Shown one piece after another: positions 11,656 through 22,125 of a stretch of DNA of 64,000 nucleotides. Positions within the stretch are counted from its first letter, which is position 1; every line of letters begins with the position of its first letter. The DNA is from an uncultured Gammaproteobacteria bacterium. GTDB taxonomy: Bacteria; Patescibacteriota; Patescibacteriia; Magasanikbacterales; GWA2-37-8. The position numbers and the translations under genes are program-made. The notes beneath the pieces are model-generated. The model was not told the DNA's origin and did no database searches. It was given only the letters and a program-made list of their open reading frames with translations. The stretch spans positions 279 through 64,278 of the forward strand of contig CAZEEW010000006.1 in NCBI GenBank assembly GCA_964511375.1, written 5' to 3'.

Positions 11656-11658
11656 AAA

Positions 11659-12282
11659 TTAACCGGTAATTTTGTTTAAACTTTCTTCGATTAGTTTAGC
11701 GTCCTTTTTCTCATCCATCTTATCTCCTAAAATTTTTTCTAAAGCTTCAGCTACAAGTTTTGCGGCTTCTTTTTTCACCTCTAACACCATTTCTTCTTTC
11801 TCAATCTTAATATTGCGCTTGGCTTGGTCCACTAAAGTATTGATTTCTTTTTTTGCTTTTTCTCGCATTTCATTAGTCACATTTTCTGCTTCAACATTGG
11901 CTTTTTCCAAGATTCGATTAGCGTCTACCTTAGCCATGTCAATTTTTTCCTGGTACTTTTGTTCACTGTGCGCTAAGTTGTTTTCAATTTTCTTTGCATT
12001 CTCGATGCTGTCGTCAATCATCTTGGCCCGCTCAGACATTTTTTTGGTAATTGGTTTTAAGATCAAAAACCATAAAATGGCGGCGACAATTGCAAAGTTG
12101 ATTAACTGAAAGGTAAATAAGGTTCCGTTAATACCTAAAGAACTGAGTACTCCGCCTTCAGTATTTGCAGCATGTCCAGTTTCTGTCGTAACTTCGGCGT
12201 TCTCTCCTTCCGGGGCGGTTGCTGCCAGTTCGTTTTCAGAAACAGGTGCTGGGCTAGCATTGACTACGTCAATAAATTTCAT
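11659..12282 (-). CDS. atpF: F0F1 ATP synthase B subunit
   Basis: Single N-terminal TM helix then long charged coiled coil (EKE-rich); operon position. Confidence 0.7.
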   Translation of the reverse strand: MKFIDVVNASPAPVSENELAATAPEGENAEVTTETGHAANTEGGVLSSLGINGTLFTFQLINFAIVAAILWFLILKPITKKMSERAKMIDDSIENAKKIENNLAHSEQKYQEKIDMAKVDANRILEKANVEAENVTNEMREKAKKEINTLVDQAKRNIKIEKEEMVLEVKKEAAKLVAEALEKILGDKMDEKKDAKLIEESLNKITG

Positions 12283-12347
12283 ATTTGTTTATTAATTTGA
12301 CATAAATTTAGTTAGTTAGGCCAGCAATCCTGACCTAACTTCAAAAT

Positions 12348-12569
12348 TTAGTTCAAGGTGAAAACTACAACCAAAGCATAGATGGCGATAGCTTCAGCGA
12401 ACGCAGCACCCAAAAGCATTGGGACAAACAATTTGTCAGCTGACTCTGGGTTGCGACCGATAGATTCCATGGCCTTAGCTACTAAGCGGCCAATGGCCAA
12501 AGCTGGAAAGATACCACCAATAGCCATGGTAGCACCTTTCATAATGGTAACGATGGATGCGTGATCCAT
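12348..12569 (-). CDS. atpE: F0F1 ATP synthase C subunit (proteolipid)
   Basis: Two-helix hairpin with conserved carboxylate helix (LGAAFAEAIAIYALVV). Confidence 0.85.
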   Translation of the reverse strand: MDHASIVTIMKGATMAIGGIFPALAIGRLVAKAMESIGRNPESADKLFVPMLLGAAFAEAIAIYALVVVFTLN

Positions 12570-12665
12570 ATGTTTAAACCTTTCTTAAAGCGACGGAGCC
12601 GACGAAGGACTTGTTTGTTATATATTTTTTTTGCCTCGTGGACGTTGCTAATTAATAAAAACAAA

Positions 12666-13457
12666 TTAATGGTGACTCTCTTCGTGGGCACCGTGTGGGG
12701 CGCTTGTCATTACGGTTAAATACACCAGAGTCAACATAGTAAATACGCTCGCCTGAATCAAGCCAACCAAGAGTTCGAGTAACATGAAAGGAGTCGGAAC
12801 CAGTAGCCCAACTAAAGTACCAATTACCGAAATTAAGACTTCACCAGCAAAAATGTTACCGAATAGACGAAGAGACAGTGAAAGAACTTTAGACAACTCA
12901 GAAACTATCTCGATTAAACCGACGGCGAATTCAATTACAGCTGTAAAGATACCGATAGGACCTTTTTTAATACTTTTTACTAAACTACCAATCTGAATGA
13001 ATTTGTTAATATGAGTAAAGACACCAACCGTAATTAAGCCAAAAACGTGAGAAGAGACAACAGCTACAAGTGCCATGGCCAAAGTTAGGTTCAGATCAGT
13101 ATTAGCAGGTCGGAGCAGCATGGTATGACCAACCGTGATGCTGCCGGTTCCTGGCAAAAGACCTAACCAGTTGGATAGTAAAATAAAAAAGAAGACCGAG
13201 CCAACGATAGGCAGAAATCTAATGGTCTTCTTACGTTCTCCGGTTACTTGATCAAAGTAACCAAGTAATATTTCTAAAAAGTATTCAATGAAATTTTGGG
13301 TACCGCGTGGCTTTAGGTGCGTGTTGCGGTAAATGATAATCCCGATAACAAGGAAGATGAGGGTGGCTAAAGAAGCGTTAACCATGGTGTTGGTTACTGG
13401 TAGTCCTCCGATATTGAATAGCACTTCAGGTGCTAAGGTCGGGATATGAAACTGCAT
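12666..13457 (-). CDS. atpB: F0F1 ATP synthase A subunit
   Basis: Conserved Arg-containing helix LSLSLRLFGNIFAGE. Confidence 0.85.
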   Translation of the reverse strand: MQFHIPTLAPEVLFNIGGLPVTNTMVNASLATLIFLVIGIIIYRNTHLKPRGTQNFIEYFLEILLGYFDQVTGERKKTIRFLPIVGSVFFFILLSNWLGLLPGTGSITVGHTMLLRPANTDLNLTLAMALVAVVSSHVFGLITVGVFTHINKFIQIGSLVKSIKKGPIGIFTAVIEFAVGLIEIVSELSKVLSLSLRLFGNIFAGEVLISVIGTLVGLLVPTPFMLLELLVGLIQASVFTMLTLVYLTVMTSAPHGAHEESHH

Positions 13458-13459
13458 AA

Positions 13460-13786
13460 TTAATCTTGTTTATGTGGTTTGTCCCATTTCGCATTTAATT
13501 TTTTGTATTCCTCGCCATATTCCGTGGCCTTGCGACGGATCATCCGGTAAGTAATTATAGCGGCGAAAACGAAACCAGTCATTAGGAGCCAAGGCGTGGT
13601 AGCGAATTTTGTGTCTAAATATTTACCTATCCAAGCGAAGAGCACAACGGGTACGGCAATAGTTGCGCCAAAGTCTCCGAATATTCGGAAAGCAAAGAGA
13701 TAATATTCTCGAGACTTGGTCTTTTCGCTTGGTTTATCCATATTTTTTGACGCCCATATTTTACAGTAAAATCCCTTGAACGTCAA
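13460..13786 (-). CDS. small membrane protein, AtpZ/AtpI-like (ATP synthase accessory)
   Basis: Two TM helices, located immediately upstream of atpB as atpI/atpZ usually is. Confidence 0.4.
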   Translation of the reverse strand: MTFKGFYCKIWASKNMDKPSEKTKSREYYLFAFRIFGDFGATIAVPVVLFAWIGKYLDTKFATTPWLLMTGFVFAAIITYRMIRRKATEYGEEYKKLNAKWDKPHKQD

Positions 13787-13806
13787 GGGATTTCAAATTT
13801 TAATGG

Positions 13807-15111
13807 TTATTTTCTCTGTTGGGTTCTTCCCTGTTTAAAAGTATGTTTGTTTAGGCTTCTTAGTTTTGTCTCTATTTCTTCTGTAGAGAGCGGAGAGGTT
13901 AAGAAATTACTTGCGTAATAGTCAGCTTTTTTTGTCATTCGTGGGTTATTTTGGTGGGCATGGGCTAACCCTTCAATACGTTCTTGTCGCTGTCTTAGGT
14001 ATTCAAAGTATTCAAATATAACACGTGGAAACTCTGTCAGCGGGACACCTATTAATAGATAAACTAAAGTTGCGCGGCAGTCTTCTTGCACAGAATATGT
14101 GGGCGCACTGTCTATTTCGCTACATGCTAATACTAAGGCTTGTTTGATTTTTTCTCTATCAATATCAGTTAAATTTACATATAAATGTTGATATGCGGGA
14201 TCAAAAAATACGGCTTCGTATATTTCAGCCCCACTTACACCGTCTCGTAAAAACGCCAAGAACTCATCTTTTATTCCTTGTGCTGCCAATTTTGCATTTA
14301 GTTGAGGTTCTCGGTTGCTTCTAAATTTTTTTTCTAGCGTATTGAAATTATCTCCGTGTCCTAAAGAATGTGCTCGAGCAATGGTATCATTAATAAAATG
14401 TTGGGACTCGTGCTGAACAACTGGTTTTATATTTTCGTATGTGCTATTAGAAGGCATACCTCTAATAAGAAGTATCGTCAGTAATTCCTCTGTCCCGTCA
14501 AATTTAACACCAAAAGATCTATGGTAACTCCCAACACTTGTATCATTTTCTTCATATTTAGCTCCACCGGCCCATATTAAATCTTCATAATCTCGATCGT
14601 TACAGCAATAGACAACAAAGAAAGCATCCTCATCAAAAACTTTAATTGTATCGATTGAAGGCCTTCCACCCATAACTTGCCTGTAAAGTATATCCCCCAT
14701 CAAGGTTTCTTTAGAGGTTTTTTCTTTCGGGTGTGCGGCTTTGGTTCTTTGAAATATTATTTCTAATTGATGTTTACCTTCTGCCTGTTCGCTGCAACGA
14801 GCGTAATAGTCGACTACAACGGCCTTAAAAACTTCAATTGTTTGAGAGTCTAATTCAACATTGTGTAACCCCTTAAGAAGAGTGAGGTGGCGTTTGAGTT
14901 GTTCATCGGCAATCAGATTAATATCACTAGGGCCCTCATAAATGCCGACCTGATCCTTGAAGGCAGGACTTCGGAGGAATCGTTCTAAAATCAGAGCGGC
15001 AGCAGCAATTTTGTGGAGCTTTTCATATTTTTCAAAAATACGCCTCTTTTCTTCGTTTTCCGAAGATTCTGGTTCCCAGGAGTACTCGTATTCTCTTAAA
15101 GCAGCAGACAT
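13807..15111 (-). CDS. hypothetical protein (434 aa)
   Basis: ORF track; no recognised motif. Confidence 0.4.
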   Translation of the reverse strand: MSAALREYEYSWEPESSENEEKRRIFEKYEKLHKIAAAALILERFLRSPAFKDQVGIYEGPSDINLIADEQLKRHLTLLKGLHNVELDSQTIEVFKAVVVDYYARCSEQAEGKHQLEIIFQRTKAAHPKEKTSKETLMGDILYRQVMGGRPSIDTIKVFDEDAFFVVYCCNDRDYEDLIWAGGAKYEENDTSVGSYHRSFGVKFDGTEELLTILLIRGMPSNSTYENIKPVVQHESQHFINDTIARAHSLGHGDNFNTLEKKFRSNREPQLNAKLAAQGIKDEFLAFLRDGVSGAEIYEAVFFDPAYQHLYVNLTDIDREKIKQALVLACSEIDSAPTYSVQEDCRATLVYLLIGVPLTEFPRVIFEYFEYLRQRQERIEGLAHAHQNNPRMTKKADYYASNFLTSPLSTEEIETKLRSLNKHTFKQGRTQQRK

Positions 15112-15114
15112 ATA

Positions 15115-15948
15115 CTAAAGATTAAACAGAGATTTAGCATTATTGTCAAAAACCTTTGAAATTTTATGCATCGTGCCTTTTTTAATTTCAGCGATTTTCT
15201 TAGGCACTTCCTCAACCATCCATGGTTCACAACGTTGCCCGCGATAAGCTTGGGGAGCGAGATAGGGGGCATCTGTTTCGACCAGCATGCGATCTAATGG
15301 ACACTTTTCTACTACTTCTAACAACGCTATTTGTGGTTTGGGATCAGCTTTCTTAGGAGGAAAAGTAACAATACCGGTAAATCCTAGGTATAGCCCGAGG
15401 TCAAGATACTTTTCTGCATTAGTCCAATTGCTGGTATAACAGTGCACTACACCATGATGCCTTGGTGCGAGGTCCCGAAGCAGGTCAATCATTTGTTCGT
15501 GCGCATCACGAACATGAATAACCAGCGGCAATTTGTGCTCTTTTGCAAAGTGGTATTGGGCGATAAAAATCTTAGTTTGTTTCCTTAATATTTCGTCGAG
15601 GCTTTTGTCTTCTGGAATGTGGTAGAGATCCAAACCACACTCGCCTACGCCAATTACTTTTTTAGATTTTGCTAGCTCGCCGTAAAATACTGGGTCAAAT
15701 TCTTCTTCCCGAGATTTGAAGGTAATTTCTTCTTCATCTACTTCGCAAGAAGAAACATGGATGGGGTGTAACCCGATTGTGGCGTAGATGTCTTCATATT
15801 TTTCTGCGAATTCAACCGCTAAACGACTAGTGTCTTTTTGCGTACCAACTGTATTCATTTGAATATTTTTTTTCCTACATCTTTGGATTACTGATTCGTA
15901 ATCTTCTTTGTATGCTTGGAATTGAATATGACAATGCGTATCTAACAT
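15115..15948 (-). CDS. tatD: TatD-family metal-dependent hydrolase/DNase
   Basis: N-terminal DTHCH metal-binding motif and TIM-barrel pattern. Confidence 0.8.
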   Translation of the reverse strand: MLDTHCHIQFQAYKEDYESVIQRCRKKNIQMNTVGTQKDTSRLAVEFAEKYEDIYATIGLHPIHVSSCEVDEEEITFKSREEEFDPVFYGELAKSKKVIGVGECGLDLYHIPEDKSLDEILRKQTKIFIAQYHFAKEHKLPLVIHVRDAHEQMIDLLRDLAPRHHGVVHCYTSNWTNAEKYLDLGLYLGFTGIVTFPPKKADPKPQIALLEVVEKCPLDRMLVETDAPYLAPQAYRGQRCEPWMVEEVPKKIAEIKKGTMHKISKVFDNNAKSLFNL

Positions 15949-15950
15949 AA

Positions 15951-16475
15951 TTACATTAAACCATTAACTGTGCTTTGTAGGGCACGGATCGCTTCAGGTA
16001 TTAGCGGCCAAAGAATCGAAGCAATATTTACTGTGTAAGGAGCAACTTCAGAATGAGCCAAGGCTTCCATGAATCGGTCGCTAACTGGGAAACGAGAGAT
16101 AAAGTAGAAAATTAAGCCTAATACTATGGCACCTTCTAAAATTCCGAAAACCATCCCGAGTAAGCGGTTGATAGAATTGATGAAGGGCAACCGCGTAATT
16201 AGACTTAAAACTTTGTCGATCAACCAAAATACTAATCCAACTATACGATTGATCAAAAAGAACGCGATAACAAATATTAAAACTTTGGAAAAGTTAGGTG
16301 ACCAATGTGTCACATTCATAAGCCAGTTAGCCACTGGTTCATAATACCGGAAGGCCAGATAGGCGCCGAGAACGGTGCCAACTAGTGAGCCTAAGGTATG
16401 CACCAAACCAAACCATAGCCCAAACAACCCAAACGATCCAATGATGATTAGTAAAACGATGTCAAAAAATGACAT
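15951..16475 (-). CDS. CvpA-family membrane protein
   Basis: Four TM helices, N-terminal FFDIVLLIII pattern typical of CvpA. Confidence 0.5.
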   Translation of the reverse strand: MSFFDIVLLIIIGSFGLFGLWFGLVHTLGSLVGTVLGAYLAFRYYEPVANWLMNVTHWSPNFSKVLIFVIAFFLINRIVGLVFWLIDKVLSLITRLPFINSINRLLGMVFGILEGAIVLGLIFYFISRFPVSDRFMEALAHSEVAPYTVNIASILWPLIPEAIRALQSTVNGLM

Positions 16476-16481
16476 AAGGTT

Positions 16482-18035
16482 CTAAGTTAAACGAGGGAAC
16501 AATGCCTCTCCTTTATTAATTTTGTTACCAACTACTAATTCCACCCATTGCTGTAGTTCAGACAAAGGTTTGCTCATTTCCTGGGCAACGTCTAATCCTA
16601 ACTGCGTCAAGATTTTTTCTGCTGTTTCCGGCATGATTGGCCAGATCATTATGGCCATATGTCGCAATGCTTCACTAAGGTGATACAGCAAATTATGTAC
16701 TTCCGTTAATTTACCGGCTTTAGCCTTGGCCCATGGTTCTTCGTCTGAGATTATCTGGTCACAATGAGAAATAAACTTGTTTACGGCATCGAGTGCTTGG
16801 TCAAAACGCCAGCGGTCCATGCTTTGAGCATAGGAAGGCCAGATTTCATTGGACAGAAAAACTACTAAATCCTGTCTAACTTCGGTAACGCCGGGTACTT
16901 GGGAGTCGCTATATTTTTCGATCATGGTCAAAACGCGACTAGTAAAATTGCCTATACCATTAGCTAAATCAGCGGTATATCTTTCTTTAAATTTTTCATG
17001 GGTAAAATCCCCGTCACTGTCAAAAGGAATTTCGCGCATCAGAAAATAGCGGACTGGTTCCAGAGGATAGGTTTGGATTAGTTCCAAGGGGTTAATAACA
17101 TTGCCAATAGATTTACTAATCTTCGTGCCATTTAAGGTTAACCATCCATGAACGCAAATTTGTTTTGGTAATTCTAATCCAGCTGACATGAGCATGGCTG
17201 GCCAAAGTAAAGAATGGAAACGGTTGATTTCTTTGCCAATAACATGGGCATTGGCTGGCCAGAATTTTTTGTAAAGTTCTGGGTTGTCACTTTCCCACCC
17301 CAAAGCCGTCACATAGTTTGTTAAGGCATCAAACCAGACATACATGACCTGTGAATCATCGCCTGGTACGGGGATACCCCAAGGTAGTTTTTCTTTTGCA
17401 CGAGAAATACTCACGTCTTCCAAGCCACCTTTTAAGATGTTTTTCATTTCGTTAAAGCGGATTTCCGGATAAACAAAACTTGGGTTTTGTTCAAATAAAA
17501 ATTCTAACGGTTCTTGATACTTAGATAACCGGAAGAAATAGTTTTCTTCGGTGATTAATTCTGGTTCACGGTTGTGGTCCGGACATTTACCGTCAACGAG
17601 ATCTTTTTCCGTTTTGAAAGCCTCACAGCCATAGCAATACAATCCGCTATACTGTTTTTTGTAAATATCTTCGCTCAATAGTGCGGCCTGCCAAAATTTT
17701 TGTGCTCGTGACATGTGGCGCTCCTCGGTGGTGCGGATAAAGTCATTGTTCGAGATATTCAAAAGATCAGCCAGGCGAGAAAACTCCGCGGACTTACTAG
17801 CAGCGTAATCTTCAACAGAAATACCTGCTTCTTTGGCAGTCTTAAACATTTTTTGACCATGCTCATCTGTACCGGTTAGAAAATACACTTCTTTTCCAAG
17901 AAGCCTTTGGTAACGAGCCATAACATCGGCATACAGGATTTCTAAAGCAAAACCAATGTGCGGATCGGCATTTGCATAAGGTATAGCCGTGGTTAAATAA
18001 TATTTTTCTTTTGACATATTAGATATTTTCAACAA
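16482..18035 (-). CDS. metG: methionyl-tRNA synthetase
   Basis: HIGH-like PHIGFALE and KMSKS-like KISKSIGN motifs, anticodon-binding C-terminus. Confidence 0.9.
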   Translation of the reverse strand: MLKISNMSKEKYYLTTAIPYANADPHIGFALEILYADVMARYQRLLGKEVYFLTGTDEHGQKMFKTAKEAGISVEDYAASKSAEFSRLADLLNISNNDFIRTTEERHMSRAQKFWQAALLSEDIYKKQYSGLYCYGCEAFKTEKDLVDGKCPDHNREPELITEENYFFRLSKYQEPLEFLFEQNPSFVYPEIRFNEMKNILKGGLEDVSISRAKEKLPWGIPVPGDDSQVMYVWFDALTNYVTALGWESDNPELYKKFWPANAHVIGKEINRFHSLLWPAMLMSAGLELPKQICVHGWLTLNGTKISKSIGNVINPLELIQTYPLEPVRYFLMREIPFDSDGDFTHEKFKERYTADLANGIGNFTSRVLTMIEKYSDSQVPGVTEVRQDLVVFLSNEIWPSYAQSMDRWRFDQALDAVNKFISHCDQIISDEEPWAKAKAGKLTEVHNLLYHLSEALRHMAIMIWPIMPETAEKILTQLGLDVAQEMSKPLSELQQWVELVVGNKINKGEALFPRLT

Positions 18036-18687
18036 CGATAACGAACTCTCCTTTAGTATTCATTGACTGTTTTTTTATTTCTTCAATATTTCCTCGGTAA
18101 ATTGTTTCAAACTTTTTAGTTAACTCGCGTCCGATAACAATTTCTCGCTTTGGATCTAATACTTTTTCCAAATCATTAAGACATTTCTCTATGCGGTGTC
18201 CAGATTCAAAGAATACTACTGTATATTCGCATTTCGAAACTTCTTCAAAGAATTTCTGGCGTTTGTTTTTATGGGGTGGAAACCCCATAAATAAAAATTT
18301 GTCGGTTGGAAAACCGGAGATAGATAAAATTGCGGTAAGAGCCGAGACACCCGGGACTGGTATTATATTTAAGCCTGATAAACTTTTAACTAAATCACTA
18401 ACTAGTTGGTTACCGGGATCAGAGATACCGGGCGTACCAGCATCTGTTACTAGAGCTAGGCTCTTGCCCTCTTCCAAAAGTGCCTTAATTTCGTTGGTTT
18501 TTCGAGTGTCGCTATGGTGGTGGTAGCTTACCAGTGGCTTTCTAATGCCGAAGTGATCCAGAAGCTTGGCTGTTACACGCGTATCCTCGCAAATGATAAC
18601 ATCCACAGACTTTAGTGTCGACAAAGCACGAAGAGTAATATCTTCGAGATTGCCGATTGGAGTTGCGGTGATGTATAGGTTACCCAT
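18019..18687 (-). CDS. rsmI: 16S rRNA (cytidine1402-2'-O)-methyltransferase
   Basis: Tetrapyrrole-methylase fold signature MGNLYITATPIGNLEDIT...ICEDTR. Confidence 0.85.
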   Translation of the reverse strand: MGNLYITATPIGNLEDITLRALSTLKSVDVIICEDTRVTAKLLDHFGIRKPLVSYHHHSDTRKTNEIKALLEEGKSLALVTDAGTPGISDPGNQLVSDLVKSLSGLNIIPVPGVSALTAILSISGFPTDKFLFMGFPPHKNKRQKFFEEVSKCEYTVVFFESGHRIEKCLNDLEKVLDPKREIVIGRELTKKFETIYRGNIEEIKKQSMNTKGEFVIVVENI

Positions 18688-18695
18688 AAAAAAAT

Positions 18696-19982
18696 CTAAC
18701 CTTTAACAAATTTCATGCCTGGGTGTCCGCTAGTTACACATACCGGAAGATCATTAAAAGTTGGAAAACCTAGATCGTCAATAGTTATCCCAGTATTTTT
18801 ATTAGCCTGCCAAATGTCTGCACGACAAAGTAGGGTTGGACTCTTAAATAAGGCAGCAACTAGCCTGAGCCCATGATAATCAGCAATTCTCGCGAGTTCT
18901 AAAATAAACCTCCGAGATCCCATTTCAGTATAGTTAATTTCAGACATTATTAAATGACCATCTGTGACTAGTACGCGCGACACTTCTTGAAAAAATCTGT
19001 CCACAAATTGATATCTTCCTGCTGTTCTAAAATCTTGATCACTAGGTTCTCGAAGGTGATGAAGTAAAGAATTGGTATATACTTGGTTCCATGAATTGTC
19101 TTTGTACGGCATTTCAAGAATATTTCCCGCTACCGCACTTCCAAGAGTACCCTGATTTTCCTTGTGAAACTTATGCACGGACTCTTTATCGAAATCTATA
19201 ACAGACGTTACACTATTTGAGTTTAATCTTTTAGCATAAACGTTGAATTCTTTTCCAGACCATTTGCCCATTGATCCCAATAATAATAGTTTTGGTTTAT
19301 GCATGGCCTTTAACTTAAGTATACCGTTTGGCCCCAGCAGATCTAAATAAGTAGGAGTATGTATTCCAAATGTTGCAGAAAGAGCAATAGTTTCACCATT
19401 TAGATCATCAGTAAATTGCGCTGGTGAAACATCCGACTCTTCTCCTGCCCTTGAATACCACTGGATAAATTCTGTTGGGTTATTGAATTGAGCTACTTCA
19501 GGACGATTTTTCTTCTTGAGATAAAAAAACATTTCTTCTGCTGTTTGCAAATCAGCATCAAAAGCTTCTCGGTATCTATTTTGCCGGTACATTCTAGAAA
19601 TCTCTGGGAAACTTGTAACGGACGAACTAAGTACAAAAAGTAACGATTCAGCAACGCGGGCAACTTCGTTCGAAGCATGAGATAATTTTTGTAAAGTCGG
19701 CATGTCAGGAGCACTGGTCTCACAAATTTCATCCAGTAAAATTATTTTTTCTTGTTCTGTTAATTGATCGTAATATTTTTTTAAAATATCCCCTAATTTA
19801 TCTGGACTAGTACCGGTCGTGATGACTTCCTTAATAGACGGTTTTGGTTCTTTCTCTTCAGTATTTTTTGGTCTTAATTGGTCGTCATCAAAAAATTTTG
19901 GACGTCTATCAATTACGCGATAATTCATATAAATAAAGATTAAGCTTATTGAAAGTATACTCCAGAATGCTAAAATAATCAA
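18696..19982 (-). CDS. membrane-anchored protein with C-terminal class I SAM-dependent methyltransferase-like domain
   Basis: N-terminal TM helix; C-terminal LLLLGSMGKWSG (motif I-like) and VIDFD (motif II-like). Confidence 0.4.
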   Translation of the reverse strand: MIILAFWSILSISLIFIYMNYRVIDRRPKFFDDDQLRPKNTEEKEPKPSIKEVITTGTSPDKLGDILKKYYDQLTEQEKIILLDEICETSAPDMPTLQKLSHASNEVARVAESLLFVLSSSVTSFPEISRMYRQNRYREAFDADLQTAEEMFFYLKKKNRPEVAQFNNPTEFIQWYSRAGEESDVSPAQFTDDLNGETIALSATFGIHTPTYLDLLGPNGILKLKAMHKPKLLLLGSMGKWSGKEFNVYAKRLNSNSVTSVIDFDKESVHKFHKENQGTLGSAVAGNILEMPYKDNSWNQVYTNSLLHHLREPSDQDFRTAGRYQFVDRFFQEVSRVLVTDGHLIMSEINYTEMGSRRFILELARIADYHGLRLVAALFKSPTLLCRADIWQANKNTGITIDDLGFPTFNDLPVCVTSGHPGMKFVKG

Positions 19983-20021
19983 TAAAACACCGTGTAAACG
20001 GTGTTTATGGACTTTATATTT

Positions 20022-20210
20022 CTACTCCATACTTATCGCCTGAGTCGGGCAGGCATCAGCCGCCATCTGGATTGAACCCTGGTCATCGCCGGTCGGATTA
20101 ATAACCTTTACCTTTCCATCATCGGTTAAAACGAAGGTATTGGGACACAGGGCTGAACAAGTTCCGCAGCCAATACATTTTTCTAAGTCTACTTTTGGTG
20201 TTTTAGCCAT
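20022..20210 (-). CDS. 4Fe-4S ferredoxin
   Basis: CIGCGTCSALCP ... ADACP cysteine pattern. Confidence 0.7.
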   Translation of the reverse strand: MAKTPKVDLEKCIGCGTCSALCPNTFVLTDDGKVKVINPTGDDQGSIQMAADACPTQAISME

Positions 20211-20904
20211 AATATTTCTCTTGGTAAAATCTTAGTAGCTCCTCAATAGAGGGAATAACTTCTTTGTTAAACACTCCAACCTTAAGTTTCTTTTGTAAAT
20301 CTTCTAAAGTTTGTGCGCCTTCTAATACTGCTTCTTCAATATCATGATCAGTAATATTTAAATCTGGATCAATGACTTTGGAACCAGCGGTTACCACTCG
20401 ACTATGTTGACCAGTCTGGCGAAAATAATCATTTATCGCTGCCTGGAGAGCCTTGTCACCCAATACTGAACAGTGTACTTTACGATCAGGTAATCCACCG
20501 AGGCGATCTAAAATATTCTGCGGCTTAATCTTTAAGGCCTCGTCAACTTTTATACCGCCGTTTTCAATAAGCATTTCGCTCAACACAGAGGTAGATGCAA
20601 TAGCACTACCACATCCAAACGTTCGCCAGCGGCAATCTTTAATTTTATCCGTTTTCGGGTCAATTTTCAGCCATATTACCATTTCATCTCCACAGGCCGG
20701 GGAGCCAACCCGTCCCATGGCATTATGTTTAAACTTATCTTCTTCACCATAACGCATGAAGTTGCGAGGATTAAAAAAATGATCACGCACTAAATCTGAA
20801 TACAACCATCCCCCACCTTCCCGGTCGCGGATATCTACGGTTTCTTTTAGATTGTTCTTTTTAACTACTTTTTTTGGCATATTTACTTTGTTTGTACTTA
20901 GCAT
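20203..20904 (-). CDS. NifU/IscU-type Fe-S cluster assembly scaffold
   Basis: Conserved GSPACGDEM and CGSAIASTS scaffold cysteines; probable true start at internal MPKK. Confidence 0.75.
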   Translation of the reverse strand: MLSTNKVNMPKKVVKKNNLKETVDIRDREGGGWLYSDLVRDHFFNPRNFMRYGEEDKFKHNAMGRVGSPACGDEMVIWLKIDPKTDKIKDCRWRTFGCGSAIASTSVLSEMLIENGGIKVDEALKIKPQNILDRLGGLPDRKVHCSVLGDKALQAAINDYFRQTGQHSRVVTAGSKVIDPDLNITDHDIEEAVLEGAQTLEDLQKKLKVGVFNKEVIPSIEELLRFYQEKYYG

Positions 20905-22120
20905 GCTGCTTTTCTAATAATCTTACCGGACTTATTTCACGTAACTGCTCAACAATCTTTGGTAGGTGTTTTATTACATAATCAACATCTTGCTTCGTAT
21001 TACAATGGCCAAAAGTAAATCTTAAACTGCCATGAGCGTACTCGTAGGGCAAACCAATAGAAGTCAAAACATGAGAGGGTTCCAGCGAAGTTGAAGTGCA
21101 AGCTGATCCGGTTGAACACATTATTTTGTGTTGATCCAAATACAAAAGCAACGCTTCGCCTTCGACATCCATGAATGTAACGTTTAAATTATTCGGTAAA
21201 CGTTTATCCTCGAGCGCTGGCCCATTTAAATGTAAATTAGGAATTTTTTCTTGTAATTTCTTCCATAAATAGTCTCGAAGTTTTGAGACACGTATAGACT
21301 CTTTACTTTTTTCTTTTTGAGCTAGTTCCAGCGCTTTGGCAAGGCCTACAATACCCGGCACGTTTTCTGTACCAGCTCGTAAACGCCGTTCTTGTGAACC
21401 GCCGACGATAATTGGTTTTAACTTTACACCTCGTCGAACATACAATACGCCAACGCCCTTTGGACCGTAAATCTTACTACCGTTTATAGTTAAAAGGTCA
21501 GCGTGCATTTTTTCCACGTCTAGTTCTAGGTACCCAGCGGCTTGGCAAGCATCAGTATGGAAATACGGATATGCGGTATTATGTTCTTTCCGGTAACGTA
21601 GCAACTCCCGACCAATTTCAGCAATTGGCTCAATTGTACCAATCTCGTTATTGGCAGACATGATGGAGATTAAAATTGTATCTGTCCGAATTGCTTTTAT
21701 AACTTCTTTCGGATCAACTAGTCCCTCTTTGTTAACCTTTAAAAAAGTAATTGTATAGCCCTCTTTTTCTAAATCTTCTAAGGCGTGGAGAACAGCATGG
21801 TGCTCGATTGGTGTAGAAATAATATGTTTACCCTGCTTAGCATGTGCTCGGGCAGTACCGTAAATGGCAAGGTTATCTGATTCGGTTCCCCCACTAGTAA
21901 AAATTATGTTCTCGGGCAAGGCGTGAAGGATTCCGGAAATTGTACGTCGAGCATCGTTGATTGTTCCATTAGCAATTCTTCCAGCTTCATATATCGCCGA
22001 TGGGTTGCCAAAAGTTTTACTAAAGTATGGCTGCATAGACCGCAAAACCTCCGGGCGCATGTAGGTGGTTGCAGCATGATCAAGATATACCGAATAAATT
22101 TTGGATTTAGTTTTCTTCAT
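20861..22120 (-). CDS. cysteine desulfurase (IscS/NifS family)
   Basis: PLP-dependent class V aminotransferase fold, SANNEIGTIEP motif, active-site Cys near C-terminus (GSAC). Confidence 0.85.
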   Translation of the reverse strand: MKKTKSKIYSVYLDHAATTYMRPEVLRSMQPYFSKTFGNPSAIYEAGRIANGTINDARRTISGILHALPENIIFTSGGTESDNLAIYGTARAHAKQGKHIISTPIEHHAVLHALEDLEKEGYTITFLKVNKEGLVDPKEVIKAIRTDTILISIMSANNEIGTIEPIAEIGRELLRYRKEHNTAYPYFHTDACQAAGYLELDVEKMHADLLTINGSKIYGPKGVGVLYVRRGVKLKPIIVGGSQERRLRAGTENVPGIVGLAKALELAQKEKSKESIRVSKLRDYLWKKLQEKIPNLHLNGPALEDKRLPNNLNVTFMDVEGEALLLYLDQHKIMCSTGSACTSTSLEPSHVLTSIGLPYEYAHGSLRFTFGHCNTKQDVDYVIKHLPKIVEQLREISPVRLLEKQHAKYKQSKYAKKSS

Positions 22121-22125
22121 GAATA

